Positions 40,197 through 50,764 of a stretch of 64,000 nucleotides of DNA are shown piece by piece (positions within the stretch are counted from its first letter, which is position 1; each line of letters starts with the position of its first letter). Below the pieces are notes generated by a model. The model was not told where the DNA came from. It saw nothing but the letters and a program-made list of their open reading frames with translations, and did not search any database. A program made the position numbers and the translations under genes. This DNA comes from an uncultured Methanosarcinales archaeon (lineage in GTDB: Archaea > Nanobdellota > Nanobdellia > Woesearchaeales > GW2011-AR15), in the NCBI GenBank assembly GCA_964552005.1, contig CAZKFC010000001.1, positions 109,934 through 173,933 on the forward strand, in the 5' to 3' direction.

Positions 40197-40958
40197 TTGG
40201 GTGTAATACTTGAAAAATACCTAAAATTTATAAAGCCATCTGAATTTAATGAAATGAGGCCAATGACAAAAAAACCAATTATCAGCTTAAGAAATGTGTG
40301 GAAAACATACCAGATGGGTGAAGTACAAGTACATGCTTTACGTGGTTTAGATTTAGAAGTAAAGAAAGGAGAATTTTTAGCTATCCAAGGCCCTTCGGGT
40401 AGTGGAAAAAGTACTGCTATGAATCTTGTTGGCTGCTTAGATATTCCTACTAAAGGTAAAATATACTTGGAAAGTCAAGACATATCACAATTAGGAGAAT
40501 CAGAACTTGCCCAAATTCGAGGCAGAAAAATCGGTTTCATATTTCAACAATTTAATTTAATTAATACATTATCAGCTTTAGAAAATGTTATGCTACCAAT
40601 GATTTTTCAAGGTGTTGGTGTGAGTGAAAGAAAAAAACGTGCAACTGAATTATTAACAAAAGTTGGTTTGGGAGATAGAGTTGATCATAAACCAACCGAG
40701 TTATCTGGAGGGCAACAACAACGGGTTGCTATTGCGCGTTCATTAGCAGTTGATCCGGATGTTATTTTGGCAGATGAGCCAACAGGAAATTTGGATAGCA
40801 AGACAGGTATAAATGTCATGCATTTTTTAAAATCATTACATAAAGATGAAGGTAAAACTATAGTTATGGTTACCCATGATAATCATTTAGCTAAACAAGC
40901 GCAAAGGATAGAATATTTAAAAGACGGAAAAATTGTAAAAAATCGTAGAGGTGGATAA
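40197..40958 (+). CDS. ABC ATPase (LolD/MacB type)
   Basis: GPSGSGKST, LSGGQQQR, ADEPTGNLD; true start probably an ATG about 20 codons downstream. Confidence 0.93.
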   Translation: MGVILEKYLKFIKPSEFNEMRPMTKKPIISLRNVWKTYQMGEVQVHALRGLDLEVKKGEFLAIQGPSGSGKSTAMNLVGCLDIPTKGKIYLESQDISQLGESELAQIRGRKIGFIFQQFNLINTLSALENVMLPMIFQGVGVSERKKRATELLTKVGLGDRVDHKPTELSGGQQQRVAIARSLAVDPDVILADEPTGNLDSKTGINVMHFLKSLHKDEGKTIVMVTHDNHLAKQAQRIEYLKDGKIVKNRRGG

Positions 40959-40959
40959 G

Positions 40960-42246
40960 ATGAAAAAAAATTTGTTGTTATTTGGCATATTTACAATATT
41001 ATTTTTATCTATGGTTAAGGCACAGACAATTGAGGCTCCCCAGATTAACATAACCCTGATGAACCAGGATCCTGATCCTGTCGGGCCTGGTGAGTATGTT
41101 GAGATTAGGTTTAAAATTTATAATAATTATGCAGGCACAGAAGCCAAAAATTTCCAGTTAGAGCTTGATCCAATATACCCGTTTTCATTGGATCCTAATG
41201 AGAAGGCATTGCGTGATATAGGAACGTTGCCCGCGCTGGGAGATGGTGGGAATGTTATTGTTGTTAAATATAAAGTTAGAGTAGATGACAATGCAGTTGA
41301 AGGCTCTAACCCGATAAAACTTAAATATAAACATGACAATATTGATTGGATAACACGCGAGTTTAACATTAATGTGCAGACTATTGATGCAAACCTTGCC
41401 ATTATTTCTGTTGCGACTGATCCAAGCAAAATAAAACCAGGTGATAAAGCAATTGTGAAAATTAAGGTTAAGAACATGGCAGATTCTACAATGAAAGATA
41501 TTACTATGAAACTAGATTTGACTTTTTCAAGTTTTCTTGACCAAGTAGCGACATTAACAGCTACTGACTCATTAACAGCATTTAACTCGTTGCCGTTTGC
41601 ACCAATGGAAAGTGCAACTGAACAAAAAATCTATAAATTGGAACCTGGCGAGGAACATATATTTAATTATGATTTAATTGCATATTCAGATGCAGAATCA
41701 AGAGTGTATAAAGTTCCAGTTATAATAACATATTATGACGAGTTGGAAACAGTATATACAAAGAATGACATCATTGGTTTAATAGTAGGTACAAAACCAG
41801 ATATGAGTGTTGTTATAGACGAATCTGATTTATACGTTGGCAAACAATCTGGAGTAGTTACAATTAGATTTATTAACAAAGGTTTTTCTGATGTTAAGTT
41901 TCTTGATGTGGAGGTTGGGGATACTTCTGATTTTGAGCTTTTGTCTTCGCCAGAAGTATATATTGGAAATGTTGATAGTGATGATTATGAAACAGCGGAT
42001 TTTAACATATATCTGAATAATGGTGCCATAAAAAAAGAAAAATCTATTACTTTTCCGGTCCACGTAGAATATAGGGATGCTAATAATAATATATATATGG
42101 AAGATTATAATCTTGAATTAAAAATATTAAAACCTGAGAAGTTGGGGATTAAGAGAAGTTCAGGAATGTCTACTTTCCTAATTATAATTGTAATTGTGGG
42201 TGTGGGCGGCTACTTTTATTATCGAAGAAAAAAAAGAAGGAAATAA
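40960..42246 (+). CDS. COG1361 S-layer-family protein
   Basis: Signal peptide, QDPDPVGPG, YIGNVDSDDYET, C-terminal TM plus basic tail; within ABC operon. Confidence 0.8.
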   Translation: MKKNLLLFGIFTILFLSMVKAQTIEAPQINITLMNQDPDPVGPGEYVEIRFKIYNNYAGTEAKNFQLELDPIYPFSLDPNEKALRDIGTLPALGDGGNVIVVKYKVRVDDNAVEGSNPIKLKYKHDNIDWITREFNINVQTIDANLAIISVATDPSKIKPGDKAIVKIKVKNMADSTMKDITMKLDLTFSSFLDQVATLTATDSLTAFNSLPFAPMESATEQKIYKLEPGEEHIFNYDLIAYSDAESRVYKVPVIITYYDELETVYTKNDIIGLIVGTKPDMSVVIDESDLYVGKQSGVVTIRFINKGFSDVKFLDVEVGDTSDFELLSSPEVYIGNVDSDDYETADFNIYLNNGAIKKEKSITFPVHVEYRDANNNIYMEDYNLELKILKPEKLGIKRSSGMSTFLIIIVIVGVGGYFYYRRKKRRK

Positions 42247-42262
42247 AACATTTCTTTTTTAA

Positions 42263-43507
42263 TTGACAATGATAAGGGATTATTTTAGGATAGCAACTCT
42301 TAATTTAAGAAAAAGGAAATTAAGAAGTTGGCTGACCATGATTGGTATCTTCATTGGGGTAGCTGCTGTTATTTCTTTAATTGGTTTGGGAGAAGGCTTA
42401 AGAACAGCAATTAGTTCTCAGTTCGGTTTTTTGGGAAGCGATATATTGAGTATACAGGCTTCCGGGCTAAACTATGCAGGTTCTCCTGGAAGTGGTGTTA
42501 TAGACCCTCTAGACAATAAATTAGTAGATAAAATTGAAAGAATAAGAGGTGTAGAAAGTGCCTATAACAGGTATATTGAGATTGCAACCTTTGAATTTAA
42601 AGATGCACAGACATTTGGCCCGATCACAACTATACCGGAAGGTGTTGACAGGAAAACTTTCGAGCGCCTATTAAATTTAGAGACAATGGAAGGTCGGATG
42701 TTGACAGATACAGATAACCGCAGGGTTCTATTAGGATATAATTATGCAAAACAAGTTGTTTTTGGTGAGGATAATGTTTTCAAGAAAGGTATACACGCCG
42801 GCGATAAGTTATATATTAATGATGAACAATTTGAAGTTGTTGGAGTTCTTGAGAAATCAGGTAATTTTATGTTTGATGGTGCTGCTTTCCTTAATGAAAA
42901 TGTTTTTTTAGATATGTTTGGAGATGACGGCACAACAGATATAATCGCAGTTAAAGTTGAAGATGAGAATAAAGTTGAGATGGTGAAAGAATCTATTGAA
43001 AAATTACTTCGGAAAGAAAGAAATGTGAAAAAAGGCGAAGAAGATTTTGTTGTACAAAGCCCTCAGAAGATACTTGAAACACTCAACTCAACATTATTTG
43101 CTGTACAATTATTTGTTTATATAATAGCCGGTATTTCAATTGTTGTGGGAGGCATTGGAATAATGAACACAATGTACACAGCTGTCTTGGAAAGGACAAA
43201 AGAGATTGGAATTATGAAAGCTATCGGAGCAAAAAATTCTACAATATTCACTTTGTTTTTCATTGAATCCGGATTTTTGGGGATGGTAGGCGGCTTAATT
43301 GGTATTGCATTAGGAATGGTTCTTGCTTACGGGTTGGCTACTGTCGGCAAGTTAGCTTTAGGATCAGAACTTATCCAGGTTCATATCCCCTTTTACTTAG
43401 TACTGGGAGCTTTAACAGGTTCTTTCATGCTAGGAACCTTTTTTGGTGTAATACCCGCCACACAAGCTTCAAAATTACAGCCAGTGGATGCTTTAAGATC
43501 AAAATGA
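42263..43507 (+). CDS. ABC permease (MacB/FtsX type)
   Basis: RSWLTMIGIFIG, GIMNTM...VLERTKEIG, PVDALR. Confidence 0.92.
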   Translation: MTMIRDYFRIATLNLRKRKLRSWLTMIGIFIGVAAVISLIGLGEGLRTAISSQFGFLGSDILSIQASGLNYAGSPGSGVIDPLDNKLVDKIERIRGVESAYNRYIEIATFEFKDAQTFGPITTIPEGVDRKTFERLLNLETMEGRMLTDTDNRRVLLGYNYAKQVVFGEDNVFKKGIHAGDKLYINDEQFEVVGVLEKSGNFMFDGAAFLNENVFLDMFGDDGTTDIIAVKVEDENKVEMVKESIEKLLRKERNVKKGEEDFVVQSPQKILETLNSTLFAVQLFVYIIAGISIVVGGIGIMNTMYTAVLERTKEIGIMKAIGAKNSTIFTLFFIESGFLGMVGGLIGIALGMVLAYGLATVGKLALGSELIQVHIPFYLVLGALTGSFMLGTFFGVIPATQASKLQPVDALRSK

Positions 43508-44715
43508 ATGTGGAAGAAATTAAATATTCAATAAAGAACGTTTTTAAAAGAAAAACCAGGAGTTTCCTTACTATATTATCAATCTTAATGGGTATAACTG
43601 CAATTTTTACATTAACTAGTTTTGGTCTTGGTATACAAAATTATGTTAATGTATTAGCAGAGGAAGCAGGCGCGAGATTATTATACATACAGGCACAAAG
43701 TTTTGGTGTGCCGGGAACAGACGAAAATTTCTTTATAACTAGTGATGAAGTTGATTTTATCAGGAAAATCAAGGGTGTTGAGCAAGCTGTTGGTTTATAC
43801 ATGAAAGTCGCTGAAATTAAGTCTAAAAACCAAGTTAAGTATAATTGGATTGTGGGTTATGACACGGATTATTATAATTTGTTATTTGAAGGTTTTGGTA
43901 TTGACATAGAGAAAGGTAGGCAACTAAAGGAGGGAGATCTAAACAAAGTACTGCTTGGACATAATTATCAGCTGCCAGATACAATATTTAAAAAACCTTT
44001 GGCAGTGGGTGATAAAGTTGAGTTGAACGGGAATTCGTATGAGATTATAGGTTTTGTCAGTGAGGTTGGCAATCCAGGAGATGACTCAAATATTTACGTA
44101 ACTGAAAGGACAATGGAAAGTTTGTATCCAAATGTTAAAGATAAATTTGGTTGGGTGATGCTTAATGCAGAAAAATCAACAAGTCCAGAAGATCTTGCAG
44201 AGAAGATTGAAGAAAAACTTCGTAAATATAGAGGTCAAGAAGAAGGTAAAGAAGATTTTTTCGTGCAGACTTTTTCTGATGTTATTGAGACTTTTGGCAC
44301 CATCATAAATATCCTTACCGGAGTTTTAATCTTAATTGCAATTATATCATTGATTGTGGCGGCTGTTAATATTATGAACACGATGTATACAGCTGTTTTG
44401 GAAAGAACTAAAGAAATCGGTATAATGAAAGCCATTGGCGCGAGAAATAAAGACATAATGTTTATCTTTGTTTTTGAAGCTGGTTTGCTTGGATTATTGG
44501 GAGGCGTTCTTGGGGTTATCTTTGGTTATTTTATAGCAAGTTTAGCAGGGCAAATCGCAGCTTCTGCTGGTTATTCATCTTTATACCCTATCTTTCCTAA
44601 TTCCTTAATCTTTGGTTGTATTTTCTTTGCATTTTCAGTTGGAGCCTTATCAGGGTTATTTCCTGCTATCAGAGCCTCCAAATTAAACCCGACAGACGCA
44701 CTCAGATACGAATAA
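43504..44715 (+). CDS. ABC permease (MacB/FtsX type)
   Basis: RSFLTILSI, IMNTM...VLERTKEIG, PTDALRYE. Confidence 0.92.
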   Translation: MNVEEIKYSIKNVFKRKTRSFLTILSILMGITAIFTLTSFGLGIQNYVNVLAEEAGARLLYIQAQSFGVPGTDENFFITSDEVDFIRKIKGVEQAVGLYMKVAEIKSKNQVKYNWIVGYDTDYYNLLFEGFGIDIEKGRQLKEGDLNKVLLGHNYQLPDTIFKKPLAVGDKVELNGNSYEIIGFVSEVGNPGDDSNIYVTERTMESLYPNVKDKFGWVMLNAEKSTSPEDLAEKIEEKLRKYRGQEEGKEDFFVQTFSDVIETFGTIINILTGVLILIAIISLIVAAVNIMNTMYTAVLERTKEIGIMKAIGARNKDIMFIFVFEAGLLGLLGGVLGVIFGYFIASLAGQIAASAGYSSLYPIFPNSLIFGCIFFAFSVGALSGLFPAIRASKLNPTDALRYE

Positions 44716-44859
44716 AACTCGTACTGATGGCCAGAAAAACAAGTTTTTCTAGGGCATTAAGATAAGAGTAAATTATGTGTTTTTAGAGGAAATTTAAGAA
44801 AGATTTTTAAATTCTGACTCTTTATGAGCATAATAAAGTTTTAGGAGGTTGATTATAAA

Positions 44860-44994
44860 ATGGAAGGATATTGTGTTAAATGTAAAGCAAAAAAAGAAAT
44901 ATCTGAAGGTAAGGAAGTCACTATGAAGAATGGCAGGAAGGCCATGAAAGGTAAATGTCCAACTTGTGGGACAGGCATGTACAGAATCTTATAA
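44860..44994 (+). CDS. 44-aa zinc-ribbon protein (DUF5679-like)
   Basis: MEGYCVKCKAKKEISEGKEVTMKNGRKAMKGKCPTCGTGMYRIL; AGGAGGT RBS. Confidence 0.82.
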   Translation: MEGYCVKCKAKKEISEGKEVTMKNGRKAMKGKCPTCGTGMYRIL

Positions 44995-45058
44995 ATATTT
45001 TTCCCCTTTTTTTTAATGACGATAGATTTAAATAGTATTTAGTTCTTAAATCCATAAT

Positions 45059-46123
45059 ATGGTTAAAGCAAATGTAGACAGGATATTAGATATCTTAAAA
45101 GAAAAAAAGTCTGTTTCTGTTAATGAACTTGCTAATAAATTATCTCTGCCAAAAACTGATGTGGAGAAGTCTGCTGAATATTTAGAAGAAGATGGTGTTG
45201 TCAAAATAGATCATAAATTCCCTAATACTTATGTAACTTTAATAAAACAACCTGGAAAAAAAGAGGAAAAGCCAGCTGAAGAGACTAAAGAAGAACCTCA
45301 ACAACCTTCATCAGTATCAACGGTGCCCGAACAAGAAGATTCTCCAACAGATATTAGCTCTTCAAGTATGCCGCTTCCGCCTCCGCCCGAACAAATCGTG
45401 CCAAAAACATCAGAAACACCTTCTTTTCAACCACCCAGTTTAACTAAACCAGAACCAAACCTTCCTAAAGAAGAAACACTTTCTCAACAACAACCGTCAC
45501 AATCACAACCAACACAATTATCTTCCCCGCAATCGTCTACAACCGAAACACCAGAAGAAGATAAAAAACCAAATAAAACACCTTTCTTAATTGATGAACC
45601 CAAGCAGCCAGATGATGAAAAAAATGTTTCTGCATCCATGGACATTATGAAACAATCCCCTGTACAAGAAATAGAAGAGCCGCAACCAGACCTTAATGAG
45701 AATCCAATTGAACCAGAACAACCTAAGTTTGATATGGCACCGCCTTCGCCGCAAGCAGCAACTGAGATGGCTCCAAACTCAATGATGCAGTCAAAAGTAC
45801 CAGACTCAAATACAGAGCCAAAACAAAAAGAACAGCCTTCAATGTTTGCGTCTCAGGAAGATTTCGCTCCAAAAAAAGAATTTATTTTTCCGGACTATGC
45901 AGATACAGATATAGAAAAAATTGAATATTTAATAGAAAAAGCAAATAATAAATTGACAAACAAAGATTTTCAGGACATTACTAGTTTATACAGGAAAATT
46001 TATGACATGTTTACTAAATCTGAAGGTTTGAGTCCAAACGAGCGTCATTTACTTAGCGGGAAAATCCAGGATTTATTCCAAAGGATAAAACGATTATATC
46101 TAATTGAAGGCATAACTGTATAA
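45059..46123 (+). CDS. N-terminal wHTH-like protein with long Pro/Glu/Ser-rich linker
   Basis: SVNELANKLSL....VEKSAEYLEEDGVV; low-complexity middle; helical C-terminus. Confidence 0.65.
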   Translation: MVKANVDRILDILKEKKSVSVNELANKLSLPKTDVEKSAEYLEEDGVVKIDHKFPNTYVTLIKQPGKKEEKPAEETKEEPQQPSSVSTVPEQEDSPTDISSSSMPLPPPPEQIVPKTSETPSFQPPSLTKPEPNLPKEETLSQQQPSQSQPTQLSSPQSSTTETPEEDKKPNKTPFLIDEPKQPDDEKNVSASMDIMKQSPVQEIEEPQPDLNENPIEPEQPKFDMAPPSPQAATEMAPNSMMQSKVPDSNTEPKQKEQPSMFASQEDFAPKKEFIFPDYADTDIEKIEYLIEKANNKLTNKDFQDITSLYRKIYDMFTKSEGLSPNERHLLSGKIQDLFQRIKRLYLIEGITV

Positions 46124-46153
46124 AAACATTTATTAATTCCAATTCTGTTTTTT

Positions 46154-47458
46154 ATGTTAATGAAAGCTAATCCAGGGGATAAAGTAAAAGTCACCACTAA
46201 AACTGAGACATATACAGGGATTTTAATACCAACGCCAAAGCTGACAGACGAAGACAGTTTAATTTTAAAACTGGAAAACGGTTATAATATAGGTATAAAT
46301 AAAAAAGATATCAAGAAAATCAAGCTTCTTGAAGAATATATAGTTAAGCATAGTAAAAAAAGTAAGCTTGTTCCTAAAAAAAATCTGCCAACAGTTTCAA
46401 TATTATCAACTGGAGGAACAATAAGTTCAAAGGTTGATTACAGGACAGGCGGCGTTTATGCGGATTATACAGCAGAAGATTTTGTTGGGCTGTGTCCCGA
46501 ATTAAAAGAAATAGCAAATCTCAGGGCAAGGAAAGTTATGTCTTTAATGTCTGAAGACATGCTTCCTAAAGACTGGCTTAATATTGCTAAATTTATTTCT
46601 GCTGAAATAAAGAAAGGCGTTGACGGCATAGTTGTTACTCAGGGAACAGATACATTGCATTTTACAACAGCGGCAATATCTTTCATGCTTGAGCAGATTA
46701 ATGTCCCTGTTATTTTTACTGCCTCTCAAAGATCTATTGACAGGGGAAGCAGCGACGCTTTCATGAACCTTATATGTGCGGTTAAAGCCGCTGCTAAGTT
46801 TGATGCGGCTGAGGTTATGACTTGCATGCACGGCAGCATAAACGATGATTATTGTTTTTTAATTAGAGGGACCAAAGTAAGGAAGATGCATACTTCAAGA
46901 AGAGATGCTTTCAGGCCAATAAATGATGTGCCAATAGCAAAAGTCTTCCCAGATAAAAATATTGAGATCTTAAACAAGAACTATAAAAAAGCAGATAGAA
47001 AAAATAAAAAAATAGTTAAGCTGAAAGCCAATTTTGATGACAAAATTGCTCTTGTCTATGTTTATCCCGGTCTTAATCCAGATATAATCGATTTCTATAA
47101 AAAGAAAGGTGTCAAAGGTTTTGTGATAGCAGCAACAGCATTAGGCCATGTCAATACCTGGACAGAAAAATCTCTTATTCCGTACATAAAAAATTGTTAT
47201 AGCAAAAAAATCCCTGTTTTCATTACTTCCCAAACATTATACGGAGCTGTTAACCCTTATGTATATACTAATTTAAGAAAGGTCTCTATTGAAGCTAAGG
47301 GAATTTACTTAAAAGATATTCTGCCGGAAACAGCTTACATCAAACTTGGTTGGGTACTTGGCCAGACTAAAAACTATAAAAAAATAAAAGAAATGATGCT
47401 GACCAATTATCATGGAGAATATAGTGAAAGCTTAACACCAGATATGTTTCTTTATTAG
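46154..47458 (+). CDS. gatD: Glu-tRNA(Gln) amidotransferase subunit D
   Basis: KLENGYNIG, TGGTISSKVDYRTG, GTDT, SQRSIDRGSSD, KMHTSRRDAF. Confidence 0.96.
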   Translation: MLMKANPGDKVKVTTKTETYTGILIPTPKLTDEDSLILKLENGYNIGINKKDIKKIKLLEEYIVKHSKKSKLVPKKNLPTVSILSTGGTISSKVDYRTGGVYADYTAEDFVGLCPELKEIANLRARKVMSLMSEDMLPKDWLNIAKFISAEIKKGVDGIVVTQGTDTLHFTTAAISFMLEQINVPVIFTASQRSIDRGSSDAFMNLICAVKAAAKFDAAEVMTCMHGSINDDYCFLIRGTKVRKMHTSRRDAFRPINDVPIAKVFPDKNIEILNKNYKKADRKNKKIVKLKANFDDKIALVYVYPGLNPDIIDFYKKKGVKGFVIAATALGHVNTWTEKSLIPYIKNCYSKKIPVFITSQTLYGAVNPYVYTNLRKVSIEAKGIYLKDILPETAYIKLGWVLGQTKNYKKIKEMMLTNYHGEYSESLTPDMFLY

Positions 47459-47460
47459 AA

Positions 47461-48762
47461 TTAAGGAGTTTTTCTCAACATTGTTCTTGGGAAGGGTATA
47501 GCATCTTTTATATTATCTATACCACAGATCCAGGCAACAACTCTCTCAACTCCTAAGCCATAACCAGAATGGGGTACAGAACCATATTTTCTTAAATCAA
47601 AGTACCAGTCATAAGTAGAAGGATCTTCCCCTTCTGCCTTTAACCTTTTAATCATATCATCTACCATTAAAGATCGTTCTGAGCCGCCAACAATTTCACA
47701 ATATCCTTCAGGAGCTAACATGTCAAAGCATAGTGCTTCTTTAGGATTTTCTTTGCTTGGTGGCTTATAAAAACCCATGATTTCTGTCGGATAATGCGTA
47801 ACAACAACAGGGCTTTTAAAATGTTCAGCAATCTTTTCTTCTTCTATTGTCCTTAAATCTTTTCCCCAAGGAACATTCATGTTATATTTATTGTTAAGAA
47901 TATTTAAAGCTTCCTTATATTTAATAGTTGGATATTTTACTTTTGCGTAACGTTCCAATAATGTTATGTCCCTTTTTAAAATTTGCAGTTCTTTTTTATT
48001 GTGTTTTAAAACTTGTTGCAAAATATAACGGACTTCATCTTTAGCAACTTGTGTTACTTCATCCAATTGCATCCAGGCAGCTTCCATTTCAGCCATCCAA
48101 AACTCAGATAAATGTCGGCTTGTTTTTGACTTTTCAGCTCTAAACGTAGGGCCCATGTTATAGATTTTACCTAAAGAAAAAATCCCTGCCTCAGCGTATA
48201 ACTGCCAGCTCTGGCTTAAGTATACTTTGTCTTTGAAATATTTTACTTCAAACAAAGTAGAGCCGCCTTCACACATACTTGGCTGGAATATGGGTGCATC
48301 AAATTCATAGTAACCATTTTTTCTAAAGAATTCATGGATTGCTCCAACAACGGTGTGTCTAATCTTTAAGATGGCGTTTAATTTTCTTGATCTTAGCCAT
48401 AAATGTCTATTATCTAGTAGAAATTCAGTTGAAAAATCTTTTGTTATTGGAAATGGCTCAGCAATCTGTACTATTTCTAAATTTTTAACATTAACTTCAT
48501 ATCCTGTTGGAGCCCTATCATCTTTTTTAATCTCACCAGATAGTTTTATTGAAGATTCCATTGTTAATTTTGAAGCTTCATCAAACAATTTTTTATCAAT
48601 GTCTTTTTTAACAACACACTGTATGATATCAGACTGGTCTCTTAACACAATAAAAACAAATTTGTTAGACATCCTGATTCTGTAAACCCAACCTCTTAAA
48701 TTTACTTTTCCAGAACCTTTTTTAATTGCTTCTTCAACAGTAATATAGTTTGATTTGTCCAT
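47461..48762 (-). CDS. asnS: asparagine-tRNA ligase
   Basis: RHLWLRS, FRAEKSKTSRHLSEFW, EIVGGSER, WYFDLRKYGSVPHSG. Confidence 0.93.
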   Translation of the reverse strand: MDKSNYITVEEAIKKGSGKVNLRGWVYRIRMSNKFVFIVLRDQSDIIQCVVKKDIDKKLFDEASKLTMESSIKLSGEIKKDDRAPTGYEVNVKNLEIVQIAEPFPITKDFSTEFLLDNRHLWLRSRKLNAILKIRHTVVGAIHEFFRKNGYYEFDAPIFQPSMCEGGSTLFEVKYFKDKVYLSQSWQLYAEAGIFSLGKIYNMGPTFRAEKSKTSRHLSEFWMAEMEAAWMQLDEVTQVAKDEVRYILQQVLKHNKKELQILKRDITLLERYAKVKYPTIKYKEALNILNNKYNMNVPWGKDLRTIEEEKIAEHFKSPVVVTHYPTEIMGFYKPPSKENPKEALCFDMLAPEGYCEIVGGSERSLMVDDMIKRLKAEGEDPSTYDWYFDLRKYGSVPHSGYGLGVERVVAWICGIDNIKDAIPFPRTMLRKTP

Positions 48763-48861
48763 TTTTATAAAAAGGAGAATATGGCAATTTAAAAAAATTA
48801 CTTCTATTCTCATTAAAGACATCAAAATCTTTTTAAATTCACCAAATTTTATTCTCAGGTA

Positions 48862-49479
48862 ATGAGAATGAAGTACAAAATCGAAAAGCGGAATAGAATA
48901 ATAATAGGTGTTGTTTTATCGCTTTTCATGCTTTCTAGTTTGGGTAGTGTTATTCTTTATTATGGTAATTCTGATAGTGATTCAAATAAATTTACTTTAG
49001 ATTTGTCAAATGGCAAATACCAGTTTGTCAGGAAACAAGACAATAGCGGCAATCTATATTATGAGGTTAGCTCTGATAATACAAAGTTTAATGTGTTTTA
49101 TGCACCGGAACAACTTACGCTTGATATTAACAAGGACATTCTTGATCAGATTAAAGACACGTATTTTTTTTATCTTACCTTTAATCCAGAAGAGCCAGAT
49201 TTGACATATGTAGATTACTTAAGGTTTGACTTGCGCAACAATATTCCTAAAACAAAATATTTTCAAGACGCAATTCTAAAGGAAAGCGAAACATATAATC
49301 TGCCAATAGTAACATGCGAGAATGCTACCTTGCAAACGCCGGTTATTGTGCTAAAACAGGGCAACTCGACTAATGTAACAGAGGCTGATAATTGCATTAA
49401 CTTAGAATTTGCGCCCTACCAATTATTACAGGTTAGAGATATCTTAGTATATTTAATGCACAATATAGATATAAGGTGA
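48862..49479 (+). CDS. membrane-anchored hypothetical protein
   Basis: N-terminal TM; PIVTCENA...VIVL..GN.T.V....CI. Confidence 0.7.
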   Translation: MRMKYKIEKRNRIIIGVVLSLFMLSSLGSVILYYGNSDSDSNKFTLDLSNGKYQFVRKQDNSGNLYYEVSSDNTKFNVFYAPEQLTLDINKDILDQIKDTYFFYLTFNPEEPDLTYVDYLRFDLRNNIPKTKYFQDAILKESETYNLPIVTCENATLQTPVIVLKQGNSTNVTEADNCINLEFAPYQLLQVRDILVYLMHNIDIR

Positions 49480-49483
49480 ACAA

Positions 49484-50161
49484 ATGGCAAAATCTAAAAA
49501 AACAAAGAAAAAAGAGGATATGGAGAAAGACAAAATCTTTATCTATGGTCTGATTTTTTTAATATTGGTTTTTGGAGCGTTTATTTTTGGTGTAAGGTAT
49601 GTTAAGCTCAAAAAAGAAACACCTCAAATTGAGATTAGGGAATATAACGGTTATGTTTTTAAAAAGTACGGCGACATCTGGGTAACAACTATTAAAGTAA
49701 GTGACAGGTTAAAAGGAACAGAGACTAATTACGAGATATTGTTTCACTACACACCTGATGAAGTTGAAAATATCCCTACAATTAAAAATATGAGGAATGA
49801 AAGTGTCACCCCAAATTTATTTTTAGATGCAAAGCAAATTTACCTTACCTTTGACCCAGACAGTTCAGGAGAAGTAAAATCTAGAATTTTACAATCAGGT
49901 GTTGAATTAGCGAAAGTAATTAGTAATATATATAAAAAAAGTGCTAAATCTGCAGTAACTAAAAATGTAAGTGAGATACCTACTGCTCCTATAATAACGT
50001 GTGATGATATAGGGCCATTTACAAGAGTCATATACCTTAATATTGGTAATGAAACTAAAATATTTAGCGATCATGGTTGTATAGTAGTGCAAGGGACCGA
50101 TGGTGAAGAGTTATTGAAATCCGCAGAAAGACTTACCTTTGAACTATTGCAAATCCTTTAG
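49484..50161 (+). CDS. membrane-anchored hypothetical protein, paralog of upstream gene
   Basis: N-terminal TM; YLTFDP, PIITCDD...VIYL..GNETKI....CIVVQG. Confidence 0.7.
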   Translation: MAKSKKTKKKEDMEKDKIFIYGLIFLILVFGAFIFGVRYVKLKKETPQIEIREYNGYVFKKYGDIWVTTIKVSDRLKGTETNYEILFHYTPDEVENIPTIKNMRNESVTPNLFLDAKQIYLTFDPDSSGEVKSRILQSGVELAKVISNIYKKSAKSAVTKNVSEIPTAPIITCDDIGPFTRVIYLNIGNETKIFSDHGCIVVQGTDGEELLKSAERLTFELLQIL

Positions 50162-50185
50162 CCTCACTAAAAAGCTTCTTATACT

Positions 50186-50713
50186 TCAAAAACTTACAAA
50201 GGTTTTTAGTTTTGTATATACAGGGCCTTCCTTAGTTAAAGTACTTTCATATAAGATAAAACTGTCAACATCAAAACTTTTTTCTTCAGTTTTTATTTTT
50301 TGAAGAAATTCTTTAAATCTTGTTTTGTCTTTAACAAAAGAAACTCTGGCTAGTGTAATATGGGGATGAAACTGGAAATCTTTCTTAACTTTCAAGGCAT
50401 TTTCAATATCCTGTTGTAATTTATTTAAAACAATATTTTCTTGTACTCCCAACCAGATAACTCTAACATAATTTTGACTAGGGAAAACCCCAATGTTAGA
50501 AGTTTTTAGTTTAAACTTGTCAAATTTTATTTTTTTAAGATTTTCAATTACTTTCTCGCAAAGTTCTCTGTTAACATCTCCAAGAAACTTTAAAGTTAAA
50601 TGAAAAGATGAAGTTAACCTTAACTTTGCTAAATCTTTGTCAAGTCTAGCTTGTATTCTTTTAATATATTTTTGAACTTCAATGGAAGGATCTATTGCAA
50701 TAAATAATCTCAT
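50186..50713 (-). CDS. thpR: RNA 2',3'-cyclic phosphodiesterase (2H family)
   Basis: MRLFIAI, HLTLKFLG, PHITLAR, GPVY. Confidence 0.92.
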   Translation of the reverse strand: MRLFIAIDPSIEVQKYIKRIQARLDKDLAKLRLTSSFHLTLKFLGDVNRELCEKVIENLKKIKFDKFKLKTSNIGVFPSQNYVRVIWLGVQENIVLNKLQQDIENALKVKKDFQFHPHITLARVSFVKDKTRFKEFLQKIKTEEKSFDVDSFILYESTLTKEGPVYTKLKTFVSF

Positions 50714-50764
50714 GAATAATTAAGAAATAAAAATCTTTATTTAAATTTTATAAAAAAGAAGAAT

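Noticed and set aside
40197..44715. ABC ATPase, COG1361 and two permeases as exporter of the RiPP-like product
   Set aside because: Common archaeal operon about 29 kb away; no sequence link
46154..48762. GatDE together with AsnRS as unusual
   Set aside because: Indirect Gln plus direct Asn charging is an ordinary archaeal combination
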